From: Octopus vulgaris
Taxonomy: Eukaryota
DNA: 64,000 nucleotides
Assembly: GCA_951406725.2 (NCBI GenBank)
Contig: OX597817.1
Span: 157,604,001-157,668,000, forward strand
Direction of reading: 5' to 3'
Shown one piece after another: positions 11,263 to 22,674 of this stretch. Numbering within the stretch: position 1 is the stretch's first letter; each line of letters begins with the position of its first letter. The translations under genes were made by a program, and so were the position numbers. The notes under the pieces were generated by a model. That model did no database searches and was not told where the DNA came from. It worked only from the letters and a program-made list of their open reading frames with translations.

Positions 11263-13359
11263 CCATATACAGGCATATGCATTTGAATTTATAAACTAGA
11301 GAAAATAATATTCAATATATTCAGACAAGTCCATTAATCCTTTTGAAACTATAGTATTTCTCCATGACTAAAAGTTGTGAAAAAATGAAGACACAAAATT
11401 TAGAGTGAATGTCAGAGGGAAGCCTCAGTTTTCGGTATGTGTGTAATAGTAATTTGAAAAGCCATTGTAATACAATCAGTTGGGGATAGATTAAATATAA
11501 GATCAATGATAACATTTTTACCTTAAAACATTTAAAAGTTGTGGTACTTCAGGTAGACATGCTCCTTTTCAAAGATTGAGAAGAATGAGAAAAGACAGCT
11601 AGATTCATCAGACTTTCAAGTCTGTATGGCAGAGTAAGACCACAAGTTGTTGAGGCAAAGGGAAAGTAGCTCTGTAGGTTATAAACATGTGATATTTTGT
11701 TCGTAGGTGAAAGTTTGGTAGATTCATCATCATCATCTGTGCCAGTTTAGTAATAGAGTTAAATTTCATGAGAGACTTGTATGAATACAAATGTGAAAGG
11801 GTAGAGTTTCATAACATACAACTGCCTTTTGCAGTTTATCTGAGTAGGCGTGATGTGTCAATGATAAGGAAGGTGAGTGACAAGAAGTTTAAATAAATTA
11901 CAGGACAATTGTGACAAATGATACATAGAGGTTAGTGTCAATGATGGTGGCTTAGCGACAAGAAGTATGAATTAAGCTTTGCCTCATCTGCAACATAGGA
12001 TATATTCAAATGAGATTAGTGTCAAGATATGTTAGACTAATAAATAAGCCACAAGTCAGCATCATCATTGAGAGAGAGAGAGAGGGGGTCTCATTAACCA
12101 TTCAATTTAATCTAAATTACTAACGGGATGACTGTCAGCCAAGTTACCTCTAACTGACCAATTCTGTTCAGAAGAGAGCCAAAATTGCAGCTCATAATGA
12201 GTTCGGAATTTGTGGTTGAACTTGTACTTGGATTATCTTAGCTTTTTTATCTGTCTAATATTACTAAAGTTGAACAGATAAATTAAAGAAGAAGAGAAAT
12301 GTAAGTGCAGGAGAGACATCTGACTTGAAGCTTGACATAACATTTGTGTAGTTCACAGCCCACAGCTCAAATCCTAACCAGGAGATGATTGGATACTTTT
12401 AAAACTCCAAATAGAAATAATTCAGACACCTCATTAATGTCCAACCAAACAGCTCACAAAAGATTAAGGGACTTTGTAATCAATCAATCGATCAATCTTC
12501 AACTTAGAGAAAGATGCTTAATTCTTCATTTACATTTGTATTTCATTTTGTTGGTTCATTCAGTACTTACCATAAAGTAGGTGATTACAAGAATTTACAT
12601 CAACCTTAAGCTATAATATTGCAACAGTTAATGCTAACTGGCCATTAACTCACCAGCTTGCTGTGTTTATTATCAGAGATTTTTAAACTGACATCTCACA
12701 AGTACTGAACATCCATATTAATGACAACATTATGGCTGCAATTAGTAAATTATAACAGGCAGTTATCTTCAGAGGAACAACAGTAAACAAGATTAGGGGA
12801 GAGTTAAGTAATTAGCATAAGGCTGCTAATGATGTGATGAATAAAGTAAAAAGACATTTGATGCCAATCTTTGAAAAATAAATTATTATAACTAACAGCA
12901 GTGCAGTAAGCTTTCAGTAAGCCAAATCTATGGCCTGGTTTTGATTCCCAGCTGAAGCCATTCACTTCACATTGCTTAATAGCTTTGAAAAATCTCATTG
13001 CAGCTCTTCTAAAGTTGATGGTGAACAACTGTCAGAAGACTGTAATGTTTGTCAAGATAATTACTAGTTTGTTAAAAACAATATGAGGCAACAAAAATGT
13101 AAGCCATCAGACTAATAACAGATAGGATTTAGTAAGTTTACAAAAGTCATTCAAAACTGATGAGTTAGAAGATCTGGATTTAGCAAGAGCAATTAATAAT
13201 CCTTTAGAAATGTTGACAACAGAAAGGTAACTACTTCAGTGTGAATGAAGCTAAGCAATCAATTGTTACTTGGCAAGTGGTATGAGTTACCTTCTTTAAT
13301 TAAAAATAAGAGTGAAACAGAAATTAGTGTTTTATTTTTCAGTATTACTCCATGTGAGT

Positions 13360-13757
13360 AGGCATAGCTGTGTGGTTAAGAAGTTTGCTTCTCAAACATT
13401 GGTTTTGGGTTCAGCCCTACTACATGGTACTTTGGTCTTCTATTATGGCTCTGGGCTGATCAAAACCTTGTAAGTGGATTTGAGAGACAGAAACTGAAAC
13501 AAGCCTGTTGTGTGTGTGTGTTTCCTTGTTTTGATATTGCATGATGGTTGAAAATGAGCATCACCATTTAAGTGGTGTCATTTTTTTTTTCTAATTCTCC
13601 ACGAAGGTACGTTTAATATTGGGAAAATATCACCCTGTTCAGACACAGGTGAAAGCTGGTAACAGGAAGGGCATAAAGCTATAGAAACTGTGCCTCAACG
13701 AAATCTGCCTGCTCCAGGTAAGCATAGAAAAGTGGATGTTAAGACAATGATGACGAC
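13360..13757 (+). mobile_element. Old SINE A-related copy with RTE-like tail
   Basis: ggcatagctgtgtggttaagaagtttgc…aacaggaagggcat…aagtggatgttaagacaatgatgacgac. Confidence 0.65.
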
Positions 13758-14844
13758 ATTATTATTTTATTTTTTATCTAAATTGAAATAAAAGCAATTT
13801 TTATAGTATGTTTATCAAATACATTTTAAATAGAGAGGCAAACCTTAGGAGGTTTTATTTGATTTTCAGGCAGGTGGTACAAAAATCAAATGAATTAAAT
13901 AACAAAAACACATTGATAAAAATCAAAATTCTACAATTTATCACTACCAAAAAAACTTGACAGACGTTCTAATGCATTCAGTTTTCTCATAAAACAACTA
14001 TTTTTTAACAATTGATATTTTTATAAATGTTCCATCAATATAAGTTCTCTTACAGTCTTTTCACTAAACTTATAGGAAATATACTAAAATACAAAGCAAG
14101 AATTCACTTCAACATATTTAGCTTATCTAACCTAACTGAATAGTATTTTTAGATGAAAATAATCAAAGTTATAGGATTTTAAGAGATTAAATTTGCAATA
14201 TTTAGTCTGTAGCTAAAGAATACCAATCAAATATTGTGCGGATATTATAAAGAACTAAGAATATTTCTCTCAACAGTAAATATAGACAGAAAGAAACAAA
14301 AAGTACATTATTCTAACTAGCCCTTTAAAAAAAAGTACCAACAAAACAAATACAACTCAAAGAAACATTAAACAATATACAACAAGACAAGAAAAAAACT
14401 AAACAAGCATGGCATTGAAGTTTAGAGGTTTGGGCATATGCGTTCTACTATAACCTTAGGTTGACTAATAATGGGAACTGTGTAGAAGCCAGCCATGATT
14501 ATGGTGTGTATGTGTCCACATGCACATTTGTGTATGTGTGCACATGCACGTTTGAGTATGTGTGTGAATGTGTTTGTGTGTATTGAACAAAAATACCTTT
14601 TGGTATTTAGGCAGGGAGCTTCTTCCCTTCATGTCAAGGAAAACTTAGCCAATCGATAAATAGAGGTTGATAAAATAAGTGCCATACTTAGTTACTGGGG
14701 GTGATATAATCAACTGAAGGCCCTTGAAGTGGTGCCCCAGTATGCCCACGTTTCAAAGATTTAAACCAATAAAAGAGTAAAAGAATAAAGAATATTGAAC
14801 AAGAAAAACACGAATACTAATAATAAAACAATGAGCAGTCTTAC

Positions 14845-14981
14845 TTCTTGCTTTTGTCATCAGCAGATACCAAGTCAGGGGTAGGATCCATAATTGACTG
14901 GCTTAACTGCTATGCATTAAGGCATCTTAGAGTAATTGTCAGAGAGTAAACAGGTCTGACAGCAAGCTTTAATAACCTGAT
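14845..14981 (-). other. Candidate exon containing a start codon (5' UTR plus MDPTPDLVSADDKSK…)
   Basis: Minus-strand acceptor tttatttaatttacaattttcag, donor GAA|gtaaga, ATG at 14891 in aattATGG context. No partner exon identified. Confidence 0.3.
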
Positions 14982-15789
14982 CTGAAAATTGTAAATTAAA
15001 TAAATTCAATATCAGAATACAATATAGTAGAGAATCTTTGAATAGCAAGACAGTTTACGATTAGTAAGAGAAGTTATTTACATTCCAAAGACTTGATTAT
15101 ATATCACAGTTTAGGAAAATGTTGCAAGTAATGTTGAGTAAGTCTTTCTGTAGGATATTATTGAATGTTTTCACATGTAGACAATGAAAAACAAAACATC
15201 CTTTCACTAGCTACTCTCAGAAAAGACATTCTTAAAAGGTACTTTAGACAGACTATTAAGATTATTAAAGACAACACATCTTCAAATGTGGACACATAAT
15301 TAACTAGAGCTACTTAAAACATATAATTTCTTGCCAGCAGCTATGCCAGGGCATGTCTTTCATTTTTGAGGCAAGGATGAAACATATTTTATGATGATGC
15401 TCTTAGGAAGAATATCTAAGAAAGACGGCCTAATTGATTTTCTTAAATGAGACGAGAGACGATAGCTAAGAAATAAACACTTGCTTCTGTCAATAACCCC
15501 ATCACCACTACCACCATTAATGATTTCCTTCAGTACACTGCATCTGTAGGGTATATATATATACATGGGTTACAGTTAATTAGAGATGCATTTTTGCTTC
15601 TAACAAAGATTCTTGCAACCATTTAGGTGGTTTGCTTACAAACCATAGCTCACGGTAGGCTGAGCTGTCACTTCTAATTAGTAGTAGTAGTATATACATT
15701 TCAACAATTCTAGTGTTATAACCTCCTGAGGGAAAATGAGAATGTAATAACTGAATAACAGCAAGTAATTTCTGTCTCTCAAATTACAG

Positions 15790-16260
15790 TTGCTCCTTTA
15801 CATCCTTTGTCAAAAGGATCTCCATGGCTTTCAGAATCCTCTCTTCTACTTCTCAATCATGAGGTCTCTATTAGCAATATTCCCATTGATAAAATCCTCC
15901 AAAATTATCCCTTTCCAAACCACCAGGCTCACCATCAGATGTATACATGGATTATATGGAACTACCTCTAGTTGCTTAAACCCACTAAGGCTACCTGCTT
16001 TGATTATGCTCCTTGTATTGCTCTCAAAGAATATGCCTCGGCACCTCAAAAAACTATAACACACCAAATGGAATTGCCATTCGCAACATGTCCAGCCAAT
16101 AGCAACTGTCTAGAAAAATCACTTATTTATGCAGTCACTTCCACATCTAACATTAATCAGAATAGCGTAGATATTATAGAATTAACGGCAAATCAATTTA
16201 ATAATAGATATTATCAGCATAATTATATCTGAAGAACATTCAAAGATAATTCAATACTAG
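15790..16260 (+). mobile_element. Degraded Penelope-like element, linker and GIY-YIG endonuclease region
   Basis: WIIWN… then CPANSNCLEKSLIYAVT…IIELTANQFNNRYYQH resembles the PLE pattern CPLxGxCLxxxxIY…YIGxTxxxFKxRYxxH. Confidence 0.65.
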
Positions 16261-16729
16261 CTTAGCAGCATAATACCTTATATTCAATTGAGTATATTCT
16301 GTAGTTCATGTATTCATGAGAATTTCATTATTTAATTCTTCTGGGTTTATTTTTTTAGAATAATTGCATATAGAGATATATACAGAATAGAATTTTCTTC
16401 CTATAATTGTTCTTTTACAAAAAAAAACAAAAAAAAACACTGAATAGTTTAAAATTTACACATTAATTACTACTTGACCATTTAAACATATAATTATACC
16501 TACTCTACGACTCAACAGCAGCCAATGATAATCAGCATTTAAAAATCTGATACATAACTACTGAATTATAACTGATTTTAAAAAAAAATTAATTGTATTT
16601 TAATATATTAAATTGCAATCATAGAAATTACTCCACATTACCTGATGTTGAAGGATATTTGCAACTACTAAAGACTTCCACCCAAGTGTAGGGAGTCTTG
16701 CCACTAGAAATAACAGACTTCCAATATGT

Positions 16730-16949
16730 CATCAAAACACAAACTAGGGGCCTGAATTTAAAATCAAACCCATTGTCTCTATCTTTGAAGGACCTTTAAA
16801 CAAAATTTCCTGGCTCCTCTCTCAGATCTCAAAACCAACACTCCAAATCTTTTTTTGAACACAGCAGCAGCTCTGCAAAGACAATCAACTTGAATCCCAA
16901 AACTAGAGTACAAGTATGCCTTCATTACCTCTCTCCCTCTCTGTCTCTG

Positions 16950-16982
<33 letters not shown>

Positions 16983-17850
16983 TTCAGTATTCATTCTCCC
17001 AGCTGTTGGCGTCACCAACTGAATCTCTCCTCTAATCACTGCTGTTTCAATCTTACCACCTGTCACAATTGTCAACTTGTGCCTGTCATTGTAGACAACA
17101 CTTAACTTCAATTTCCTCAACCAAACCTACAAACAGATGTGAGGCCTATCAATCAAACCCAGTCTGCTGGACCTAGTACTCATAACATATATGAACTAGT
17201 TGGAATACCGAATGCTCAACACTTGTTACTGATGACTTTTTTGCCAGATATGTGGATGATGTATTCATCTTTACATCTTGTAAAGAAACTAATTTAGTAT
17301 TTGAAATGCTTGCAAGCATGGATGACCACACAGGATTCAGTATTGAACATTCCAGTGACACTGGATCCCTTCTTTTACTTGACCTCCAATTGAAAATTAC
17401 AAAGAAAGGGGCTAACCCTACTAAATTCTACAAGGTGCCTGAAGAGATCTGTTTGTCCACTACAGATCAGCCCTCCCTGTCAGTCTAAGGTTGGGATCAT
17501 AGAATATATATCCAACATAGATGTAGCAAAACAGAAGATTGGGCCATTGATCCTATACAATTCCAAAAGCTATCAGTTGCCTTCATGATTTGATACCCAA
17601 GAAACAGCTGCTACACAATCGAAACATGTGTAGGCTGGTCAGTTGCTTCATGCACAACATAGACATGTGCCTGCATACTTATGCTGTATATTATAATCAG
17701 TGTACCAACTGCACCAAATATTACATGAGCAGCATAGTTTAAGCATAACATATCTGAATCAAAGAATCTCTCAACAAACATGCATAGTTTTCAGAAAACA
17801 TCTTGGAAAATGCAGGAACAGGAAAAACGGGATTGCAGTTACCATTAAAG
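16730..17850 (+). mobile_element. Degraded Penelope-like reverse transcriptase
   Basis: YKQM*GLSI (like YxQxxGxAMGS), FARYVDDVF, and FSIEHSSDTGSLLLLDL (like FTxExExxxxLPFLD) at ~17120-17400. Outer ends uncertain. Confidence 0.75.
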
Positions 17851-17863
17851 CCATACACTATAA

Positions 17864-18082
17864 CAGTGCTTTTCAAACTTTTTGCTGGAGCGGAACCCCA
17901 AGGAAACATTCCACTGGCTCGAGGAACCCCTGTGCAATAATTTATTAGTCTTATGCACACATATCTGCACAGGAGACTTAAAAATTACTGCTGATTTTTG
18001 TAGTTTTGTAACTTCTTGCGGAACCCCTGAACTGTACAGGCGGAACCCTAAGGTTCTGCGGAACCCTGGTTGAAAACCACTG
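17864..18082. mobile_element. hAT (Charlie/Buster-type) MITE
   Basis: TIRs cagtgcttttcaaac / ggttgaaaaccactg. Perfect 8-bp TSD CACTATAA (17856-17863, 18083-18090) with central TA. Subterminal gcggaaccc repeats. Confidence 0.93.
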
Positions 18083-18385
18083 CACTATAATATAAATAAA
18101 ATAGCTTCATTAATAAATGAAGCTGTTTTGATAAAAAACAAAACAAAAAACAAAACAAAAAAACAAGCTAACAATTAACAAGACTGAATCAAATGAGGGA
18201 GAACGGATATTATGAATACCATGTGTCATAATATTTGACCTAATTACTCCCTTGCTCATATATTACTCCACTATCACACTGATAAACTGTGAAAAACTAT
18301 CTACATCCTCAAATTCTAGATCTCCACACAAAAATACAAAACAGCAACAGAATGGGAAAAATTAACATCTCTTTTTTATTTGTCA

Positions 18386-18778
18386 CTAGCAGTATCGCCC
18401 GGCGTTGCTCGGGTTTGTAAGGGAAATAACTATACAGCATTTTTAGAGAGTTATAGCCAAAAAATAGCAAAAAAATGCATTAAAAATGGAAAAAATATGA
18501 TGGTAAATTTTTTTTAAATCGTTGACTCATAGTAGACATTTTTAGAGAGTTACTTCCCTTTAAAAAAATTTGCATGAAAATGGAAAAAAATGATGGTAAA
18601 TTATTTTTAAAATCGTAGACTCAGCATAGACGCACGCAAATACCCAGAAGGACTCGATATGAATCACGACTATAAGATACCCGGTTTTGGTTAAACTGCA
18701 CCGCAAAATGTGGGAGTAGTTAGGAATCTAAATTGAAGGGGACAGGCACTCACACAACGACAGTTTTATATATAAAGA
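18386..18778 (-). mobile_element. Non-autonomous Helitron
   Basis: Minus strand A|TCTTTATATATAAAA…cccgagcaacgccggg hairpin…CTAG|T. Second copy at 59592-59988. Confidence 0.88.
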
Positions 18779-19226
18779 TTTCTTCATGTAGCTGCAATCA
18801 AGAAGTATTTCACCATACTCTTCAGAAATCCCTGTTTCTCATTAGATTTGATAGGCCCACAATTTCATGTGTCTCTGTCAATAATATTATTATAGATGAG
18901 TGGTCTTTGTCCTCTGTTAGAGCGTGGAAGTCTCCAAAATATAACATCTGAAATTGCTTAGAGTTCAGTACAATAGCAATGGCCAGCAAAGCCTATCCTA
19001 CATTATGTAACACAAGCAGAGATGGGCAGAATATGTCTACAAATCACCACTTTGGGCTTGTGCTCATACTATGAGATATTCCGAGCCCTCATGAGAAGCC
19101 TAACGAACATTCTACCAAGGCAGTCTTGGAGTTCATTCTACATAAGGTTCCAATTCCACAGGGAAGAATACAGAGAAGGTGACCAGCCTTGTTGACTTTG
19201 TAATACTTAATAGTAATTACTTATAA

Positions 19227-19630
19227 AGCAGTGAGCTGGCAGAATCATTAGCACGCCAGGCAAAATGCTTTGCGGTATTTCGTATGCCGCTACGTTCTGA
19301 ATTCAAATTCTGCCGAGGTCGACTTTGCCTTTCATCCTATTGGGGTCAATTAAATAAGTACCAGTTACGCACTGGGGTCGATATAATCGACTTAATCCGT
19401 TTGTCTGTCCTTGTTTGTTCCCTCTGTGTTTAGCCCCTTGTGGGTAGTAAAAAAAATAGGTATTTCGTCTGTCTTTACATTCTGAGTTCAAATTCCACTG
19501 AGGTCAACTTTGCCATTCATCCTTTTGGGGTCAATAAATTAAGTACCAGTTGCACACAGGGGTCAATCTCATCGACTGGCCCCCTCCTCCAAAATTTTGG
19601 GCTTTGCCCCCAATAGAGTAGAAAAGAATA
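19227..19630 (+). mobile_element. SINE family B, with a partial second or nested copy
   Basis: gcagtgagctggcagaatcattagcacgcc…gaggtcgactttgcctttcatcct…aagtaccag, core present twice. Confidence 0.85.
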
Positions 19631-19649
19631 CTTAATTGTCAGCTGTAGT

Positions 19650-19890
19650 TAAAGGCACACCAGGACTTGTCTCTTGCCTGTCAGGAAATCCTTCTTACTG
19701 TCAGCAACATAAAACCCAAAATACTTGAAGTCACTGACCACCTCGAATAGTTTGCTATCAATGGAACAAATTGGGAAGTGGCTTTCATTCTTATTGATGG
19801 TCATGCACTCAGTCTTCATACACCTTGCATTAACCATCAGACCAACCTCGGCTGCAGCAAGGAATGTTAACAACTCTTGCACATGACACA
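19650..19890 (-). mobile_element. Degraded RTE-like RT fragment
   Basis: AAAEVGLMVN…KTECM…FEVVSDFKYFG…SKKDF corresponds to RT motifs 6-7. Confidence 0.7.
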
Positions 19891-20110
19891 GCTGATGAGC
19901 TGTAAGGGCATAGTCAAAGTGCCGTTTGTTTCCAGTTACCTGCATAAAACATGTCAACATTGTTTGTTGGTACTGGGAGATTATTATTATCTTGCTCAGA
20001 AACAAATGGGATTAACAACAGGGAGAGTACACGACTGTGATAAAAAGTCTGTTCCAACATACTCTTGTCTGACACATGCAAACAGAAAAATAGTCATTAA
20101 AACAATGACG

Positions 20111-20142
<32 letters not shown>

Positions 20143-20150
<8 letters not shown>

Positions 20151-20605
20151 TAAATTAAAGATAAAACCACTATTAGGCAAATCAAACAATAAAAAACTTA
20201 AGCCAATACATAAAATTAATTAATTTATATTATTTTAAATATATATCAAAATTATTAAAAGTTTAATAAAAGATAATGAGTAAAACACTACGATCGTTTC
20301 ATGGCTGTCCAATTCGTAATAATTCGAGTTATGGTTACAGTCAATCTTCAGGTGATTGAAATATTTATCTTAGCGAGGTTTATCAATTTTATTAAACTTT
20401 TAATAATTTTGATATATATCTAAAATAATATAAATTAATTAATTTTATGTATTGGCTTAAGTTTTTCATTGTTTGATTTGCCTAATAGTAGTTTTATCTC
20501 TAATTTAATATAATATAATATCTTACTATAAAATTGGATTCAATCCTAAATCTGATTTTTCCCTGTAAGTTTGGATTTATTCCCTAATATTTTATTATTT
20601 ATTTT
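20143..20605 (-). mobile_element. Fold-back non-coding element (probable Penelope pLTR derivative), ~128-bp inverted arms
   Basis: Arms ~20143-20270 and ~20386-20514 are reverse complements. A hammerhead motif lies in the spacer. Flanked by (TA)n. Confidence 0.75.
20286..20354 (-). ncRNA. Minimal type I hammerhead ribozyme motif
   Basis: Minus strand cac-CUGAAGA-u-UGACUGU…ACAGCCA-u-GAAA-CGAUCG-UA-gug: core boxes, stem II, palindromic ACGAUCGU stem III, GUA cleavage triplet, and CAC/GUG stem I. Confidence 0.72.
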
Positions 20606-20614
20606 TATATATAT

Positions 20615-20795
20615 AGTTAATCAAAACATGAAAGCACAACAACGTGAGGACATGGAACAAATATAGTATTATTGGATGCTCAAGAAGGAAGGGAAGAAGT
20701 GGGGTTTAATGTTTCGAGCGGAGCTCTTCGTCAGAAACATAGGAAAAGGAAGGATCCAGAGAAGGGAAGACGGAGGAAAAAAAAATCGCCAACGA
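20615..20795 (-). mobile_element. Short hammerhead-bearing element between (TA)n tracts (probable PLE pLTR fragment)
   Basis: Bounded by TA repeats and contains the motif at 20704-20738. Confidence 0.6.
20704..20738 (-). ncRNA. Minimal type I hammerhead ribozyme motif
   Basis: Minus strand GUUU-CUGACGA-A-GAGC-ucc-GCUC-GAAA-CAUU-AAAC: stem I GUUU/AAAC, stem II GAGC/GCUC. Confidence 0.72.
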
Positions 20796-20804
20796 TATAT
20801 ATAT

Positions 20805-21090
20805 ACAATTGCTGCATTGAAGGTGTTTATAAGCCATTTAAGAAACACACAAAAACCGTTAGATTCACTTCAACATTTAAATTTAATTTGTCAGAAGTTT
20901 TGTCAGTGAACAGGTTGCGGTCTCAAAGCAACGAAAATATTTTGACAAAGTAAATTTAAATATTGGAGTGAAACTAATGGTTTTTGTGTGTTTCTTAAAT
21001 GGCTTATAAACACCTTCCATGCTGCAATTGTTTTCGTTCCAGCACACGATCTCAGATCAAGTCACTTGCTATGCAAGTACATCTACATAA
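20805..21090 (+). mobile_element. Fold-back non-coding element, ~90-bp inverted arms (20805-20895 / 20937-21031)
   Basis: acaattgctgcattgaaggtgtttataagcc… versus …ggcttataaacaccttccatgctgcaattgt. TA-repeat flanks. Confidence 0.75.
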
Positions 21091-21248
21091 TATATATATA
21101 TGTCTAGACATGTCTTCACAGCAAGAAACTATTAATAGCTCTTATCTTTACACTGTGTACATTAAATGATATTTATCTCTCACTGGATAGTTCTTTTTTC
21201 TTGATCTTACCTTAGTGGAACAGTAAACTATATATATGTGTGTGTGTG

Positions 21249-21417
21249 CTGGCACGTAAAAAGCACCCACTACACTCAGTGGTTGGCGTTCGGAAGGGCA
21301 TCCAGCCGTAGAAACACTGCCAGATCAGACTGGGCCTGGTGCAGCCTTCTGGCTTCCCAGACCCCAGTTGAACCGTCCAACCCATGCTAGCATGGAAAGC
21401 AGATGCTAGATGATGAT
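21249..21417 (+). mobile_element. RTE 3' UTR fragment
   Basis: ggcacgtaaaaagcacccactacactc…catggaaagcagatgctagatgatgat. Confidence 0.88.
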
Positions 21418-21916
21418 CATCATCATCATCATTTAGCGTCCGTTTTCCATGCTAGCATGGGTTGGACGGTTCAACTGGGGTCTGGGGAGCCGAAGGCTGC
21501 ACCAGGCCAGTCAGATCTGGCAGTGTTTCTACAGCTGGATGCCCTTCCTAACGCCAACCACTCCGAGAGTGTAGTGGGTGATTTTATGTGCCACCGACAC
21601 AGGTGCCAGACGAGGCTGGCGAACGGCCACGCTCGGATGGTGTTTTTATGTGCCACCGACACAGGTGCCAGACGAGGCTGGCAGACGGCCACGCTCGGAT
21701 GGTGTTTTTATGTGCCACCGACACAGGTGCCAGATGAGGCTGGCGGACGGCCACGATCGGATGGTGTTTGTTACGTTCCCAAAGCACGGAGGCCAGTCTA
21801 TGCGGTACTGGCTACGGCCACGTTCGGATGATTTTCTTGTGTGCCACCGGCACTGGTCCACAAAGATACAAATTCCATTGATGTTCATCTATTTTGATTT
21901 GTTTTGATTTGATTTG

Positions 21917-21920
<4 letters not shown>
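21418..21920 (-). mobile_element. RTE 3' UTR with ~5 tandem units, tail-to-tail with the preceding copy
   Basis: Nearly identical to 5982-6490. Truncated at (ATTTG)n and followed by (TA)n. Confidence 0.92.
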
Positions 21921-21973
<53 letters not shown>

Positions 21974-22164
21974 AGGTTTGTATGATTATGTATAGAGGGG
22001 ATATATATTATTTAAAGGAATTCCAACTCTGTCTGTTTTTTATGTTTTATTTATATTTATATTCTTTATAATATTAATGTAGTATGTAGAATATATAGTA
22101 TAAATAGAATATATTTGAGGATACTTGCCAAGCGAAGTGAAATTGTAATCATGGCCACATTGCT

Positions 22165-22360
22165 GGTATTGTGTAAGTGGCATGTAAAAAGCACCCATTA
22201 CACTCTCAGAGTGGTTGGTGTTAGGAAGGGCATCCAGCTGTAGAAACCATGCCAAATCAGACCAGAACCTAGTGCAACCCTCCAGCTTACGTGTTCCATT
22301 CAAACCGTGTAACCCATACCAGCATGGAAAGTGGACGTTAAATGATGATGATGATGATGA
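22165..22360 (+). mobile_element. RTE 3' UTR fragment
   Basis: gtggcatgtaaaaagcaccc…gttaggaagggcatccag…(GAT)n. Confidence 0.8.
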
Positions 22361-22674
22361 GGTATATACACATATGCATATGTAATGTTACTGTTACAAT
22401 ATAAAGTACTATAAGATAGTGTTAGGAAGGGCTCCCTGCTATAAAAACAATGCCAATAATGAAACATGCAAGTAAGATGTGGCCCACTGACTGATCCACG
22501 GAGAGTGGCGATTGTAAATAAGAACTGACTCAAACTGCAATGGCTTAACAAGTCCATGTCAGTAAGGAAAACAGATGTAAAAATGATAATGATGGCAATG
22601 ACGACAATATACATATATGCTGACACACTTCAATGTATACATATATACACCCCATAAACTCTCATACACATTAA

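Noticed and set aside
11835-11872. 38-nt AG/GT-bounded candidate exon (YLSRRDVSMIRK)
   Set aside because: Too short to distinguish from chance, phase-incompatible with the 4383 candidate, and near probable decayed LINE sequence.
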